Origin: Cyanobacteriota bacterium
GTDB taxonomy: Bacteria > Cyanobacteriota > Cyanobacteriia > Cyanobacteriales > Nostocaceae
Length of the DNA stretch: 64,000 nucleotides
Assembly (NCBI GenBank): GCA_046045965.1
Contig: JBJOKS010000025.1
Location: 1 to 64,000, forward strand
Direction of reading: 5' to 3'
The notes beneath the pieces were generated by a model that did not search any database, had not been told where the DNA came from, and was given only the letters and a program-made list of their open reading frames with translations. The position numbers and the translations under genes were made by a program. Of the stretch, positions 53,776 through 63,279 are shown piece after piece. The number at the start of each line of letters is the position of its first letter. Within the stretch, counting starts at the first letter, position 1.

Positions 53776-56700
53776 TTAGTTGCTCAACTCAACAAACTGA
53801 CCTCCCTTAACCTCTAAAAGAATTGACTTGCCTTGACGCTCTCTTTCTTGTGTAAACTGGAGTGGATAACCGGATGTATCACTTTCGGAAAGTTTCACAT
53901 TCTGTAATCCTTCCAATACTGTAGTCCGTGAAATATTGTTAGATAAGGTTTTAATCAAAGCCTGAGTAGCATCATAGCTGGTGGCAGTACGCCAACTAAT
54001 ACCTCCTCCCCAAAATTCCTCTGATTTTTTGGCAAATTTTTTAGTTTGTGAAGTTTCTCGAAACCAAGGTACTTCAATGACTAACCCATCCAGAAAGTTA
54101 CCCCCTTTAACTAAAGTTTCATTGTTATAAAGAGTATGCACCCCCAAAATTTTTAATTCTTTGATTTGCCCAGGTTGAAGATTATTCTTAAGTTTTTCGT
54201 TCCTAATGGTAATCTCTTTAGCAATTTTAATGGCAACATTAGTATGCTGTGTATCTGGAAACAACATAGCTACTTCTGCTTTATCTGTATATACACTTTT
54301 AGCAACTTCTTTTTCCGCATCAAATTTATCAGCAGTTAAATCAATTAGTGGTTTACGAACTACCTCACCTCCTAGTTTTTCAAAATGGTTTGTAAATGTC
54401 TCTCTGACGCTGTTACTATATGGGCTATTGGGATTAGCAAAAACTATTGCTTTTTTTAATTGCAGATTCTTATAAGTATATTCTGCTAATTTTTGACCAG
54501 CAATTTCATCTGAATAAACCGCTCTAAAGAAAACTGGTTTGTCTAATAAAATACTCGTGCTGGTAGGAGAAATTACTGCTAATCCTGCTTTTTCATATTC
54601 TGGTAGTGCAGCTTTGGTAGCCTCGCTGGAGTTATGTCCAATTACTCCCAGTATTGAAGGATCTTTAACTAATTCCTCAGCTACTTGTTTTGCTTTGTTT
54701 GGTTCGTTACTATCATTAGCAATGACTATTTCTAATAATCTACCATTGAAGCCGTTATTTTTATTGAATTCATTTTGTGCTTGTGCTATACCACGTAACA
54801 TTTCTTGAGCATTAGTTGTGTTTTTGTCTGCTGGTACAACTACCGCAAAGGTAAAAGGAGAACCTTGTTGACGAGCTAGACTATTGTTATAGTAAACTAG
54901 CACTTCTGGATCATTTTGATTTGCTTTTACAGCTTGTTTAAATAACTCCTCAGCTTGTTGATAATTACCTTTTTTGAAGGCTTGAACACCTTGATCACGA
55001 AACTTATTGCTAATGTTAGGAAAAATGGTTTTATCGCCCCGACTAATTCTACTATTATCTGCTACACACCAAAACCCAAATTCTTTTTTTTCTCCTACTG
55101 CACAAGGCTTGCTAAAGAATACTGTATAACCACCTAAACCCACAAGCAAAATTATAGCTAATCCTCCTAGAAATCCTTTAAATCTTAAAACCCAGTTCAG
55201 CCAGTTTGAAATTGTATTAGTATTTATATTGACAGATGCGACAGGTGCAGGAGGTGCAGGATTTTTATCTCCAACTTGAAGATTCGTTCTAGATTTCAGA
55301 GTTTGAATTTCTGCTAATTTTTGTTTAGATAATTTCCTGTTAGGATCAATTTGTAAAACAAGCGTAAACTGTTCTTCTGCCTTAGACCATTCTTTATTAA
55401 GTATTAATTCATGTCCATAATCTTCTCTTACTTCTATTAGAACATCTTTACTTTGTTCACTATCAATTTGGTAAGCTATTGTACCAATTTCTAATGCTTG
55501 CTCAAAATTTTGAGCTTGTGATTTTTGTTGAGCTAGTGTTAGTAAAGGTTGTACAATTAATTCTTGTTGATGATGATTAGTTTGAGAATAAAATTGATAA
55601 ACTCGATTATATAGATTACTAGCTTCATCTATATTTTGTATCTTCAAATATTCTTGAGCTAAAGAAATAACACATTTAAAATTATTAGGATTAAGTTTGA
55701 CGGCTTCTTTATAAAGAGACAATGCTGTTTCAGGCTGATTTTGGCGTAAATTCTCGGCTACTGATAATAACTGACTAACATCATCTTGGTTAATTTTCTC
55801 TAAGTTAGTAATTTCATCTTTTAAGCGATGTTCTTTCACTAACCAAAGACGGACAAACTCTATTTTCACTCGCCGTTTTGTCTCATCTAAAAAACCATAC
55901 TCAGATAATTGTTCGTATGCGTCTGTTAAATATTGTGTTATTACTATACCATAGTCATTGGTTAATAATGTTAGTGGTTCTTCAATAACAGATTGATTGT
56001 TTTTGTTTGCTATTTCTTGAGCCTCTGCTGCGGCTGCAATAATTATTCGCTGCTGCAAATTCAATCCATCCCAGAACCAAGCTAAACCAGCTTGTCCTGC
56101 TTTGATTGCTTGATTTATAACATTTTCAACATTTTGAGGAGTGATAGTCCGTAAATCATCATTGGGTTTTTTTTGATAGTTATTACGTACTTGACCATAA
56201 ATAGCGTGGCAGATAACTTGCGTAAAATAGGGGCTTCCAGCACATATATTGAAGATGGTATCTATGGTTTCTGGTTGATATGTTAAAATGCCTTCTGCGG
56301 GTTTAGTAATTAATTCTTCGGTTTTATCTTTCTGCAACAGAGTAATTTCTTTATAGAGTGCTGTCCGCAAAAAAGAAAGTAAGGTTTCTAATTTATTTAT
56401 ATTTCTCCCTACAACGGGAATAATAAATAATCTTTCCTCTTGAGCTAATAGTTGTAGAATATAATCACAAAATATTCTGGTTTCTGTCTCATCATCTCTT
56501 GCAATTAGAACATCAAACTCATCCCAAAGAAAAACTATTTTTTTATCACCTATGTTTTGATAAACTTGAGGTAGAAAATCACGAGAAAACCTTGGAAAAT
56601 CGGTTCTTATATTTTCTGCTAACTGTTCTAAAACATCAGGATCATCTTGGAAATCTAATATTTCTAAAATTTTATAGGCAATACTACATAAAATTTGAGA

Positions 56701-56958
56701 ATTAGATGAGTTTGATTGAGCTTGAAAATCAAACTCTATGAAAATAAATTCATCGCTACCAATCTTTTGAGGAATTAAATTAAGTATAGAAGATTTACCA
56801 ATACGTCTTTGTCCATACAATAAAGTTAATTGTGCATTTTGGAGAAGACTATCAGCAATCAGAGAAAATAAATCTTCCCGCCCAAAAAATTTGTCTGGGT
56901 CTCTAATCGGACGGCCTATAATGTAAGGATTAGGAGGTAGATTTGGTATATTAGTCAT
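53776..56958 (-). CDS. STAND-like ATPase, TPR array, TM helix, TPR, type I periplasmic-binding domain (receptor B)
   Basis: GQRRIGKS, FLWDEFD and AGSP motifs, cytoplasmic TPRs, TM GFLGGLAIILLVGLGG, and the same LivJ-like module as receptor A. Confidence 0.88.
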   Translation of the reverse strand: MTNIPNLPPNPYIIGRPIRDPDKFFGREDLFSLIADSLLQNAQLTLLYGQRRIGKSSILNLIPQKIGSDEFIFIEFDFQAQSNSSNSQILCSIAYKILEILDFQDDPDVLEQLAENIRTDFPRFSRDFLPQVYQNIGDKKIVFLWDEFDVLIARDDETETRIFCDYILQLLAQEERLFIIPVVGRNINKLETLLSFLRTALYKEITLLQKDKTEELITKPAEGILTYQPETIDTIFNICAGSPYFTQVICHAIYGQVRNNYQKKPNDDLRTITPQNVENVINQAIKAGQAGLAWFWDGLNLQQRIIIAAAAEAQEIANKNNQSVIEEPLTLLTNDYGIVITQYLTDAYEQLSEYGFLDETKRRVKIEFVRLWLVKEHRLKDEITNLEKINQDDVSQLLSVAENLRQNQPETALSLYKEAVKLNPNNFKCVISLAQEYLKIQNIDEASNLYNRVYQFYSQTNHHQQELIVQPLLTLAQQKSQAQNFEQALEIGTIAYQIDSEQSKDVLIEVREDYGHELILNKEWSKAEEQFTLVLQIDPNRKLSKQKLAEIQTLKSRTNLQVGDKNPAPPAPVASVNINTNTISNWLNWVLRFKGFLGGLAIILLVGLGGYTVFFSKPCAVGEKKEFGFWCVADNSRISRGDKTIFPNISNKFRDQGVQAFKKGNYQQAEELFKQAVKANQNDPEVLVYYNNSLARQQGSPFTFAVVVPADKNTTNAQEMLRGIAQAQNEFNKNNGFNGRLLEIVIANDSNEPNKAKQVAEELVKDPSILGVIGHNSSEATKAALPEYEKAGLAVISPTSTSILLDKPVFFRAVYSDEIAGQKLAEYTYKNLQLKKAIVFANPNSPYSNSVRETFTNHFEKLGGEVVRKPLIDLTADKFDAEKEVAKSVYTDKAEVAMLFPDTQHTNVAIKIAKEITIRNEKLKNNLQPGQIKELKILGVHTLYNNETLVKGGNFLDGLVIEVPWFRETSQTKKFAKKSEEFWGGGISWRTATSYDATQALIKTLSNNISRTTVLEGLQNVKLSESDTSGYPLQFTQERERQGKSILLEVKGGQFVELSN

Positions 56959-57215
56959 AATTGTATATTGATTTTCTCATCTATTGAAAAGATTTTATCA
57001 ACGCCACATTAGGTTAACAATGTGTTATGTAAGATCCCATTAATAGGGAAGATTAGGAGAACTTCCCTATTCAGTCCAGTTGCTAGTTATTTAGTTGATG
57101 CTTGTAATGGATAATTTTCAGAAAAATTCCGTTGTTATCCCGTGAATCTTTTAATCCTAGACATCCTGATGAAAATACTTTACCCAACTAGCAACTTAGA
57201 TGATTAGGAATTTTA

Positions 57216-58472
57216 TTATGGCAAGAATGTTAATAGTTTCGGAATCCAATTTAACACGGTTTTGACTTTATCAGGATTCTGTGTTAACCAAGTTACGAAG
57301 TTTTTAACTTGATCCAATTGTTTATGACTAATGAGATTTAGAAATAATTGGTTCTCTGCAAAGAATTGTTCTGATGTATTTAATATTTCCTGTGTTGCCC
57401 TTTTTTTCATCAGTGGTGAAGTAAAGGAATACAACTTGACTGAATCTGTAATAGTAGAAGTAATTACACCTCTATCTTCTAATTTATTTAAAAGACGTTC
57501 ATGCTGAGTCATAATTCTTCCTATGCCTTTTAAATTATATTTTGTATCATTTATATGACCATCCAGATCCAGCAAAGCTATCAGCATCAATAAAAGCTGT
57601 TCTGTAGGATTACATCTTTGCCAAATTACCTCAAAAATCTGTCTAGTATCGGCTTCAAATCTCTGAGCAAATGATTCAGAATTAGCATCCTGACCTCGCT
57701 GCATTTCTCTATATATTAAAAGTCCACCAATTTGTACTAAACTAGGATGTCCACCTGTAATATTGATAATTTCACCCCGTAATGTTGGAGGTCTAACAAT
57801 ATTCAAGATTTGCACCAATTCGCTAGTATTAAATAGTTTCAGGGATTGAAATAAATAGTGATTGTACCAAGGAGAAGCATGAGGATTAAGTTGAGGTCCC
57901 AGGTCACTTAGGGGTTGCAGTGAGGTAACAATCATAGATAGATATTCACTTTCTTCTGCATGAACCGCCAAACTACGACATTCTGCCAAAAATGTTTCCA
58001 TTTCTGTTTCAGTGTATTGTTCGTTTGTTACCAAAGCTGCATCAAAGTCATCTACTAACAGTAATAAAAATTTACCATTATCACCTAATTTCCGTAATGC
58101 TTGGCGGATAATGCGACTTGTAGCTGGTTTTTCTAGTAAGGGTTGAATTTTAGCTTGTAATTGTGGTTCATTATCTAATTGATCATGTAGCAAATTTAAG
58201 ATTTCTTGCCAAAACCGAGCAGGTGTGAAGTCCCTAATATCTTGGCAGTAGAGTAGTACAACTGCAACTTCAGATGGATCTATGCCATGTTCCTTTAGTG
58301 CTTGTTTAGAAGCAAGTTTCCTTAAAAATGAGGTTTTACCCATCCCCGGACCTCCCCAAATGGCAAAATGGCTGCGGTTACAGATTTGGTCAAAGGCAAA
58401 GTTAATTTCTGATCTCCGTCCGACAAAATGTTCTGGGGGAACTGCTCTTCCGGGAAAAAAGGGATTAGACAT
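57216..58472 (-). CDS. Stand-alone STAND-like AAA ATPase; start may be 58499
   Basis: NPFFPG..FVGR, Walker A GGPGMGKT, Walker B LLLVDDFD, SPWYN and GGHP motifs. Confidence 0.85.
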   Translation of the reverse strand: MSNPFFPGRAVPPEHFVGRRSEINFAFDQICNRSHFAIWGGPGMGKTSFLRKLASKQALKEHGIDPSEVAVVLLYCQDIRDFTPARFWQEILNLLHDQLDNEPQLQAKIQPLLEKPATSRIIRQALRKLGDNGKFLLLLVDDFDAALVTNEQYTETEMETFLAECRSLAVHAEESEYLSMIVTSLQPLSDLGPQLNPHASPWYNHYLFQSLKLFNTSELVQILNIVRPPTLRGEIINITGGHPSLVQIGGLLIYREMQRGQDANSESFAQRFEADTRQIFEVIWQRCNPTEQLLLMLIALLDLDGHINDTKYNLKGIGRIMTQHERLLNKLEDRGVITSTITDSVKLYSFTSPLMKKRATQEILNTSEQFFAENQLFLNLISHKQLDQVKNFVTWLTQNPDKVKTVLNWIPKLLTFLP

Positions 58473-58826
58473 GGTAATTTTACTGAGTTTTTTAACCAAT
58501 CAAATTCTACTTGTGCATAAAGTATATTGATTCTCTGCACAGGGTTTTTACTGAATTGCTTTTACTTATCAAGATAATACATTAACAGTATATATTTAAT
58601 AGCATAATACTTATCTATAGGTTGCATCATATTACATAGATAATATTAATTTGGGCAAATGCTTTCTCTCTGTGGGTTCTACTATTATCTGACGGTAAAG
58701 CATTGTGAACAATTGTTTTGAATAAAGTTTCGATCCAGTTTTCTCAGAAGATGCTTTAAAATTCAAAAACAGCTTATTTTATTACAATTCAATTACAGTA
58801 AAATTTTATTCAAATTAATTCCTTTT

Positions 58827-59804
58827 ATGAAAATCTGTATTGTTGGTGCTGGTGCTATTGGTGGTTTGCTCGGTGCTAAGTTAAGTTTAGCAGGTGAAGA
58901 AGTAACTTTAATTGCTCGCGGTGAGCATTTACAAGCTATCCAAAAAAATGGACTGCGGTTAATATCTGCTGATGGTTCTGAATTCGTTGCTAACCCAGCT
59001 TTAGCTACCAGTGATATTACAGAAGTTTCTCCCCAAGATGTTCTAATTTTAGCTGTTAAAACTAATAGTGTAGAAGCGATCGCTCCCGTGCTTCCCCATC
59101 TCTATCATGACACAACAATGGTAGTTACAGCCCAAAATGGTGTTCCTTGGTGGTATTTCCGCAAACACGGGGGGGAGTACGAAGGGACAAACATCAAATC
59201 AGTTGATCCAGATGGTATAATTGAAAACTCTATTAATATTGATCGGGTAATTGGTTGTGTGGTTTATCCCGCTGCGGAAATAGTAGAACCTGGAGTAATT
59301 AAGCACATTGAAGGTGAAAGGTTTACCCTGGGAGAAATTGACGGTTCTAAAACTGAACGTATCCAATTATTATCCCAAACTTTAAAAAAAGCCGGATTTA
59401 AAGCCCCTGTACGCAATCAAATTAGAACAGAAATATGGGTAAAATTATGGGGTAATATTGCTTTTAATCCCATTAGTGCTTTAACTGGTGCAACGCTGGA
59501 AAGTATTGCTAAATATTCCCTTACCCGTGAACTAGCTAAAAATATGATGTTAGAAGCTCAAACAATAGCCGAAAAATTAGGTATCAATTTTGGCATTAGC
59601 TTAGAACAGCGAATTGATGGTGCTGAAAAAGTTGGCGCTCATAAAACCTCAATGTTACAAGATATCGAAGCGGGACGACCAACAGAAATAGAAGCGATTG
59701 TTGGTGCAGTGATAGAATTAGGTAAACTCACGCAAACACCCACACCTTATATTGATGCGGTTTACGCCAGTGTTAAATTATTGGAAGCTACCCATCAAAA
59801 TTAA
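58827..59804 (+). CDS. panE: Ketopantoate reductase family protein (PanE2/oxalyl-CoA reductase-like subfamily)
   Basis: GAGAIGG, QNGVPWWYF, WVKLWGNIAFNPISALT and HKTSMLQD motifs. Confidence 0.85.
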   Translation: MKICIVGAGAIGGLLGAKLSLAGEEVTLIARGEHLQAIQKNGLRLISADGSEFVANPALATSDITEVSPQDVLILAVKTNSVEAIAPVLPHLYHDTTMVVTAQNGVPWWYFRKHGGEYEGTNIKSVDPDGIIENSINIDRVIGCVVYPAAEIVEPGVIKHIEGERFTLGEIDGSKTERIQLLSQTLKKAGFKAPVRNQIRTEIWVKLWGNIAFNPISALTGATLESIAKYSLTRELAKNMMLEAQTIAEKLGINFGISLEQRIDGAEKVGAHKTSMLQDIEAGRPTEIEAIVGAVIELGKLTQTPTPYIDAVYASVKLLEATHQN

Positions 59805-59952
59805 CATCTTCAAAAATTGAGGTCATTAACTTTTTGTGTTCATAATTTTGTTTTCCACTGTTACGTAATTATTCAAATCATAAGTTTTAATTGACTGTCA
59901 ATATAGTTTGACTATGCTACTTTTTGAAGTGCGGAATGTGGGATGAAAACTC

Positions 59953-61245
59953 ATGAAAATTATTGCTTACAGTTATAGTGATCCACTCTTGGAAACATCT
60001 CCTGATCAAGCTAGTTGGGGTTGGGAAGTAGATCGAATTTATCAGGACTGGGGAGAGCGATCGCAATTACAACAATTATTAAATGACTGTGAAACAGAAC
60101 CTGCAAATTATTTACTGATTCGTCGTTTAGAAGAATTGGGAGATACATTAGCACAAGTTAGCGATCGCCTCAACCAATTAGAAGCTATGGGGGTAATAGT
60201 TATTGCTACAGAACAAAAATATACCTCCGAAGCTGCTAACTTCCGCATTGAACTCCTAAACTTACTCCAAGAAATTCAACGTCAACAACGCAGTCGCCGC
60301 ATCCGTCAAGGACACGCTAAAAATCGTCTCGAAGCTTCACCACCACCAGGTAAAGTCCCCTATGGCTATCGCAAAAGTAAAGGAAAATATACTATTGATC
60401 GCAGTACATCGCCGATAGTCAAAGATTTTTTTGACAACTTTTTACTTTATGGTTCTTTACGTGGTTCAGTTCGTTATATAGCCAAAAAATACGCTAAAAA
60501 AATCTCTGTCACTACAGGAAGACGTTGGTTAACAAATCCCGTTTATCGTGGTGATACCGCTTATCAAAATGGGGACATTATTTCTGATACTCATCTAAGT
60601 ATTATTTCTAGGGAAGAAGCAGCGCAAGTTGACCGACTTTTACGCAGGAATAGCCGTTTACCATCTCGTACCGCTAGTGCGCCTCATTCTTTAGCTGGTT
60701 TGGTTGTTTGTCAACAGTGTCAGTCTCGGATGGTAGTCACTCGTGTTACTCAGCGTTATCAAAATCAAGAGTATTTATATTTACGCAATACAAATTGTCC
60801 CCAAAGTCCTAAATGTCGTGCTATTCCTTACCAAGATATTTTGGAAAAGACTATTGAAATTGTTTGTCGAGATTTACCTTTAGCAGTATCAGGAATGAAT
60901 TTTCCCCAACTGGATGCTATTAAAAATAGCTTAAATGAGAAAATTAGCAATCAACAAAATATTCTTGAACAATTACCAAATTTACTAGAAACTGGGGTTT
61001 TAGATCAAGAAACAGCAAAATTAAGGTCTTACAAACTCCGCACAGAAATTTCTCAACTTCAAGCTAAGTTAGCTATTCTCCCTCCTGTAAATTTACGTTC
61101 TGTGGCGGAAGCTGTTTCTATTCCCCAGTTTTGGTTAGATTTATCAGAAGTGGAACGACGATTTTATTTACGGGAATTCATTCGGAAAATAGATATCATA
61201 AGGAATGGTAAAGATTGGGATTTACAGGTAATTTTCATTTTTTGA
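59953..61245 (+). CDS. Large serine recombinase homolog with a degenerate catalytic domain
   Basis: GKVPYGY, WLTNPVYRG, HLSIIS, zinc ribbon CQQC..C..C and a coiled coil. The N-terminus lacks YxRxS and DRxxR. Confidence 0.85.
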   Translation: MKIIAYSYSDPLLETSPDQASWGWEVDRIYQDWGERSQLQQLLNDCETEPANYLLIRRLEELGDTLAQVSDRLNQLEAMGVIVIATEQKYTSEAANFRIELLNLLQEIQRQQRSRRIRQGHAKNRLEASPPPGKVPYGYRKSKGKYTIDRSTSPIVKDFFDNFLLYGSLRGSVRYIAKKYAKKISVTTGRRWLTNPVYRGDTAYQNGDIISDTHLSIISREEAAQVDRLLRRNSRLPSRTASAPHSLAGLVVCQQCQSRMVVTRVTQRYQNQEYLYLRNTNCPQSPKCRAIPYQDILEKTIEIVCRDLPLAVSGMNFPQLDAIKNSLNEKISNQQNILEQLPNLLETGVLDQETAKLRSYKLRTEISQLQAKLAILPPVNLRSVAEAVSIPQFWLDLSEVERRFYLREFIRKIDIIRNGKDWDLQVIFIF

Positions 61246-61294
61246 TTAGCTCGTCAGTTGTCGGTTGTTATTATCCCCAATCCCCAATTACCAA

Positions 61295-62821
61295 TTAATC
61301 TTCATCTCTACTTCTAGATGATTTTGTTGATTTACCAGCATTTCTAACATTCATGACTTTACTAAGTAAATCAAACCAAAAAGGCGCTCCCATTGCAATA
61401 GCCAAACCACTAATTAACCAACCACAAAACATGGTTAACAAACTGAAAACAGGCACGCCATTTATCTTAATCGGATTCCAGCCAATTTGATCTTGTAGGT
61501 TATCACTAGTCCAACCAATTGGTAAATTAATTTCTTCTAAAATCTGTTGAGTATCAAAATTTTGGAGGCTGGAAGGATCAGATTGTTTATCTATTGTTTG
61601 TTCTACTTTATAAACAATTGCTTCTCTCAACACTGTATCTTTAGATAATCGATCAATGATATGAAATGTATCAGCATTAGCACCAAAAGCTAAAGTAATA
61701 CCAATCAAAATTGCCACTCCTTTAGCATTTCGTTTGTAAACACCACCGGCTCGTTGCATAGAACTATCAAAACAGTCTTCAATTTCCCTGCGTAAGATTT
61801 TAATACCTTCCTCTGTGCTTTTAGCTTTGTATTGCGCTCGCTTGGCTATAGTTGCAATATTCCTTTTCATCCCATCTGGGAGACTATCAACTAATTCTCG
61901 AATAGTCTTATATGTGGGATTATCTCGGTCTTGTAGAGTGGTTTCGATTTCATTATAAACAGCTTGACTTGTATCCATTAATTCTACAATTTCGCCAATA
62001 TTAGGTTTTAAACCGCCGATGATTATTGCTTCTTCAATGCTGGGAAATATATGTTGATGGAAGGCTTGCAATCGTTTCCAGGTTTCTGTTAAAATCTTAT
62101 TTTCATTTTCTATATTCGCTTGAAAATTATCTATATATTTAGCCAAGCTATCTTTCATCCGACTAACACTGCTATCTATATCCAATTTGTTATTTCTAAA
62201 ATCAAAAACAATTTGTGAATATTCTAACTTGAGATTTTCAAAATCATCTTTGATATCCTTGGTAATCTGATTTGATAATTCAGTAACTTTGAGTTGTCTT
62301 AGTGACCTAGTTAAAATTGTTTCCACTTCTTGCAAGCGTTCATTTTTGAATTTTTCTAGCCTGACTTCTGTTAAACTATGGATTATTTTTGGTAGTTTTA
62401 ATTCCTCTAGAAGAGTTGTAGCAAAAGTATCAGTAGCAATATAGGAAGGCGCACTATTTTCCTGGTCAAACGTCTTCTCATTATATGAGCAGTTAGTTAT
62501 TGATTTTCGTATTGGACGACTGATATCAGCTATCATCCAAGTCAATCTTCTTGGTAATATAGAGAAAAAACCTTTAGCTTCTTGGTTAATACTTTTAATT
62601 AAAGGATTTCTATAAATATTATTGACGAGTTTAATTACATCCTTTGCCTCTGAATTTTTAACATCTCCAGCCAAGAAAATTTCAATGGATTTCTTTAAGT
62701 GTATAGCTCGCCATTGCAGAACTGTAGCAATTAGCTCTTGAATCTCTGATGCTAATAAACTTAAAATTAGGTAAATAAAAATTAAACCCAGGGCGACATC
62801 TAAGATAAAAGGTAGACGCAT
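61295..62821 (-). CDS. Conserved hypothetical membrane protein
   Basis: N-terminal TM (LDVALGLIFIYLILSLLAS), PSYI motif and C-terminal GWLISGLAIAMGAPFWFDLL. Confidence 0.8.
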   Translation of the reverse strand: MRLPFILDVALGLIFIYLILSLLASEIQELIATVLQWRAIHLKKSIEIFLAGDVKNSEAKDVIKLVNNIYRNPLIKSINQEAKGFFSILPRRLTWMIADISRPIRKSITNCSYNEKTFDQENSAPSYIATDTFATTLLEELKLPKIIHSLTEVRLEKFKNERLQEVETILTRSLRQLKVTELSNQITKDIKDDFENLKLEYSQIVFDFRNNKLDIDSSVSRMKDSLAKYIDNFQANIENENKILTETWKRLQAFHQHIFPSIEEAIIIGGLKPNIGEIVELMDTSQAVYNEIETTLQDRDNPTYKTIRELVDSLPDGMKRNIATIAKRAQYKAKSTEEGIKILRREIEDCFDSSMQRAGGVYKRNAKGVAILIGITLAFGANADTFHIIDRLSKDTVLREAIVYKVEQTIDKQSDPSSLQNFDTQQILEEINLPIGWTSDNLQDQIGWNPIKINGVPVFSLLTMFCGWLISGLAIAMGAPFWFDLLSKVMNVRNAGKSTKSSRSRDED

Positions 62822-63279
62822 TGACAGACTCCTTCAGGGTAATTGACCAATTTAGCTTTGTAATAAGTATGCAGCCATAAGTAATCAGTAATCAGTAATC
62901 GGCTTTCATCAGATTTCACCTGTAGGTAGACAGGTTGGGAATAAAATCAGAATTTTGCCAGATTCCACAGGTGTTGATGAGAGAAATTTACAAGCTGATG
63001 TTTGTGTTTTTGAGCCTATTACCTCTGGCTGACGGCTGACGGCTGAATGCTGATGCTTTGTATTCTTTATATCATTTAACTGGAGAAAAGCTTGTTAAAT
63101 TGTTTAAAAAATAACTAAGAAAAATTTTCTTCAAAAAATTATCATTGTCGAGAGGAAACTGAGCTAATTTTGGATCTAGCCATTGCTTGTAAAAACAGTT
63201 TGTGAAGGTATGGCAACACTGGAGATTAACTCTGATCTCCATGAAATCAAACCAGCGAGTAAAATGATTAGCATAGAAT

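Noticed and set aside
50977..56958. Branched-chain amino acid ABC transporter
   Set aside because: The ATPase domains lack the ABC signature and there are no permease genes. The binding domain is a fused sensor.
59953..61245. Active integrase or heterocyst excision element (XisF-like)
   Set aside because: The catalytic motifs are missing, and I see no interrupted gene, att-like repeats or cargo.
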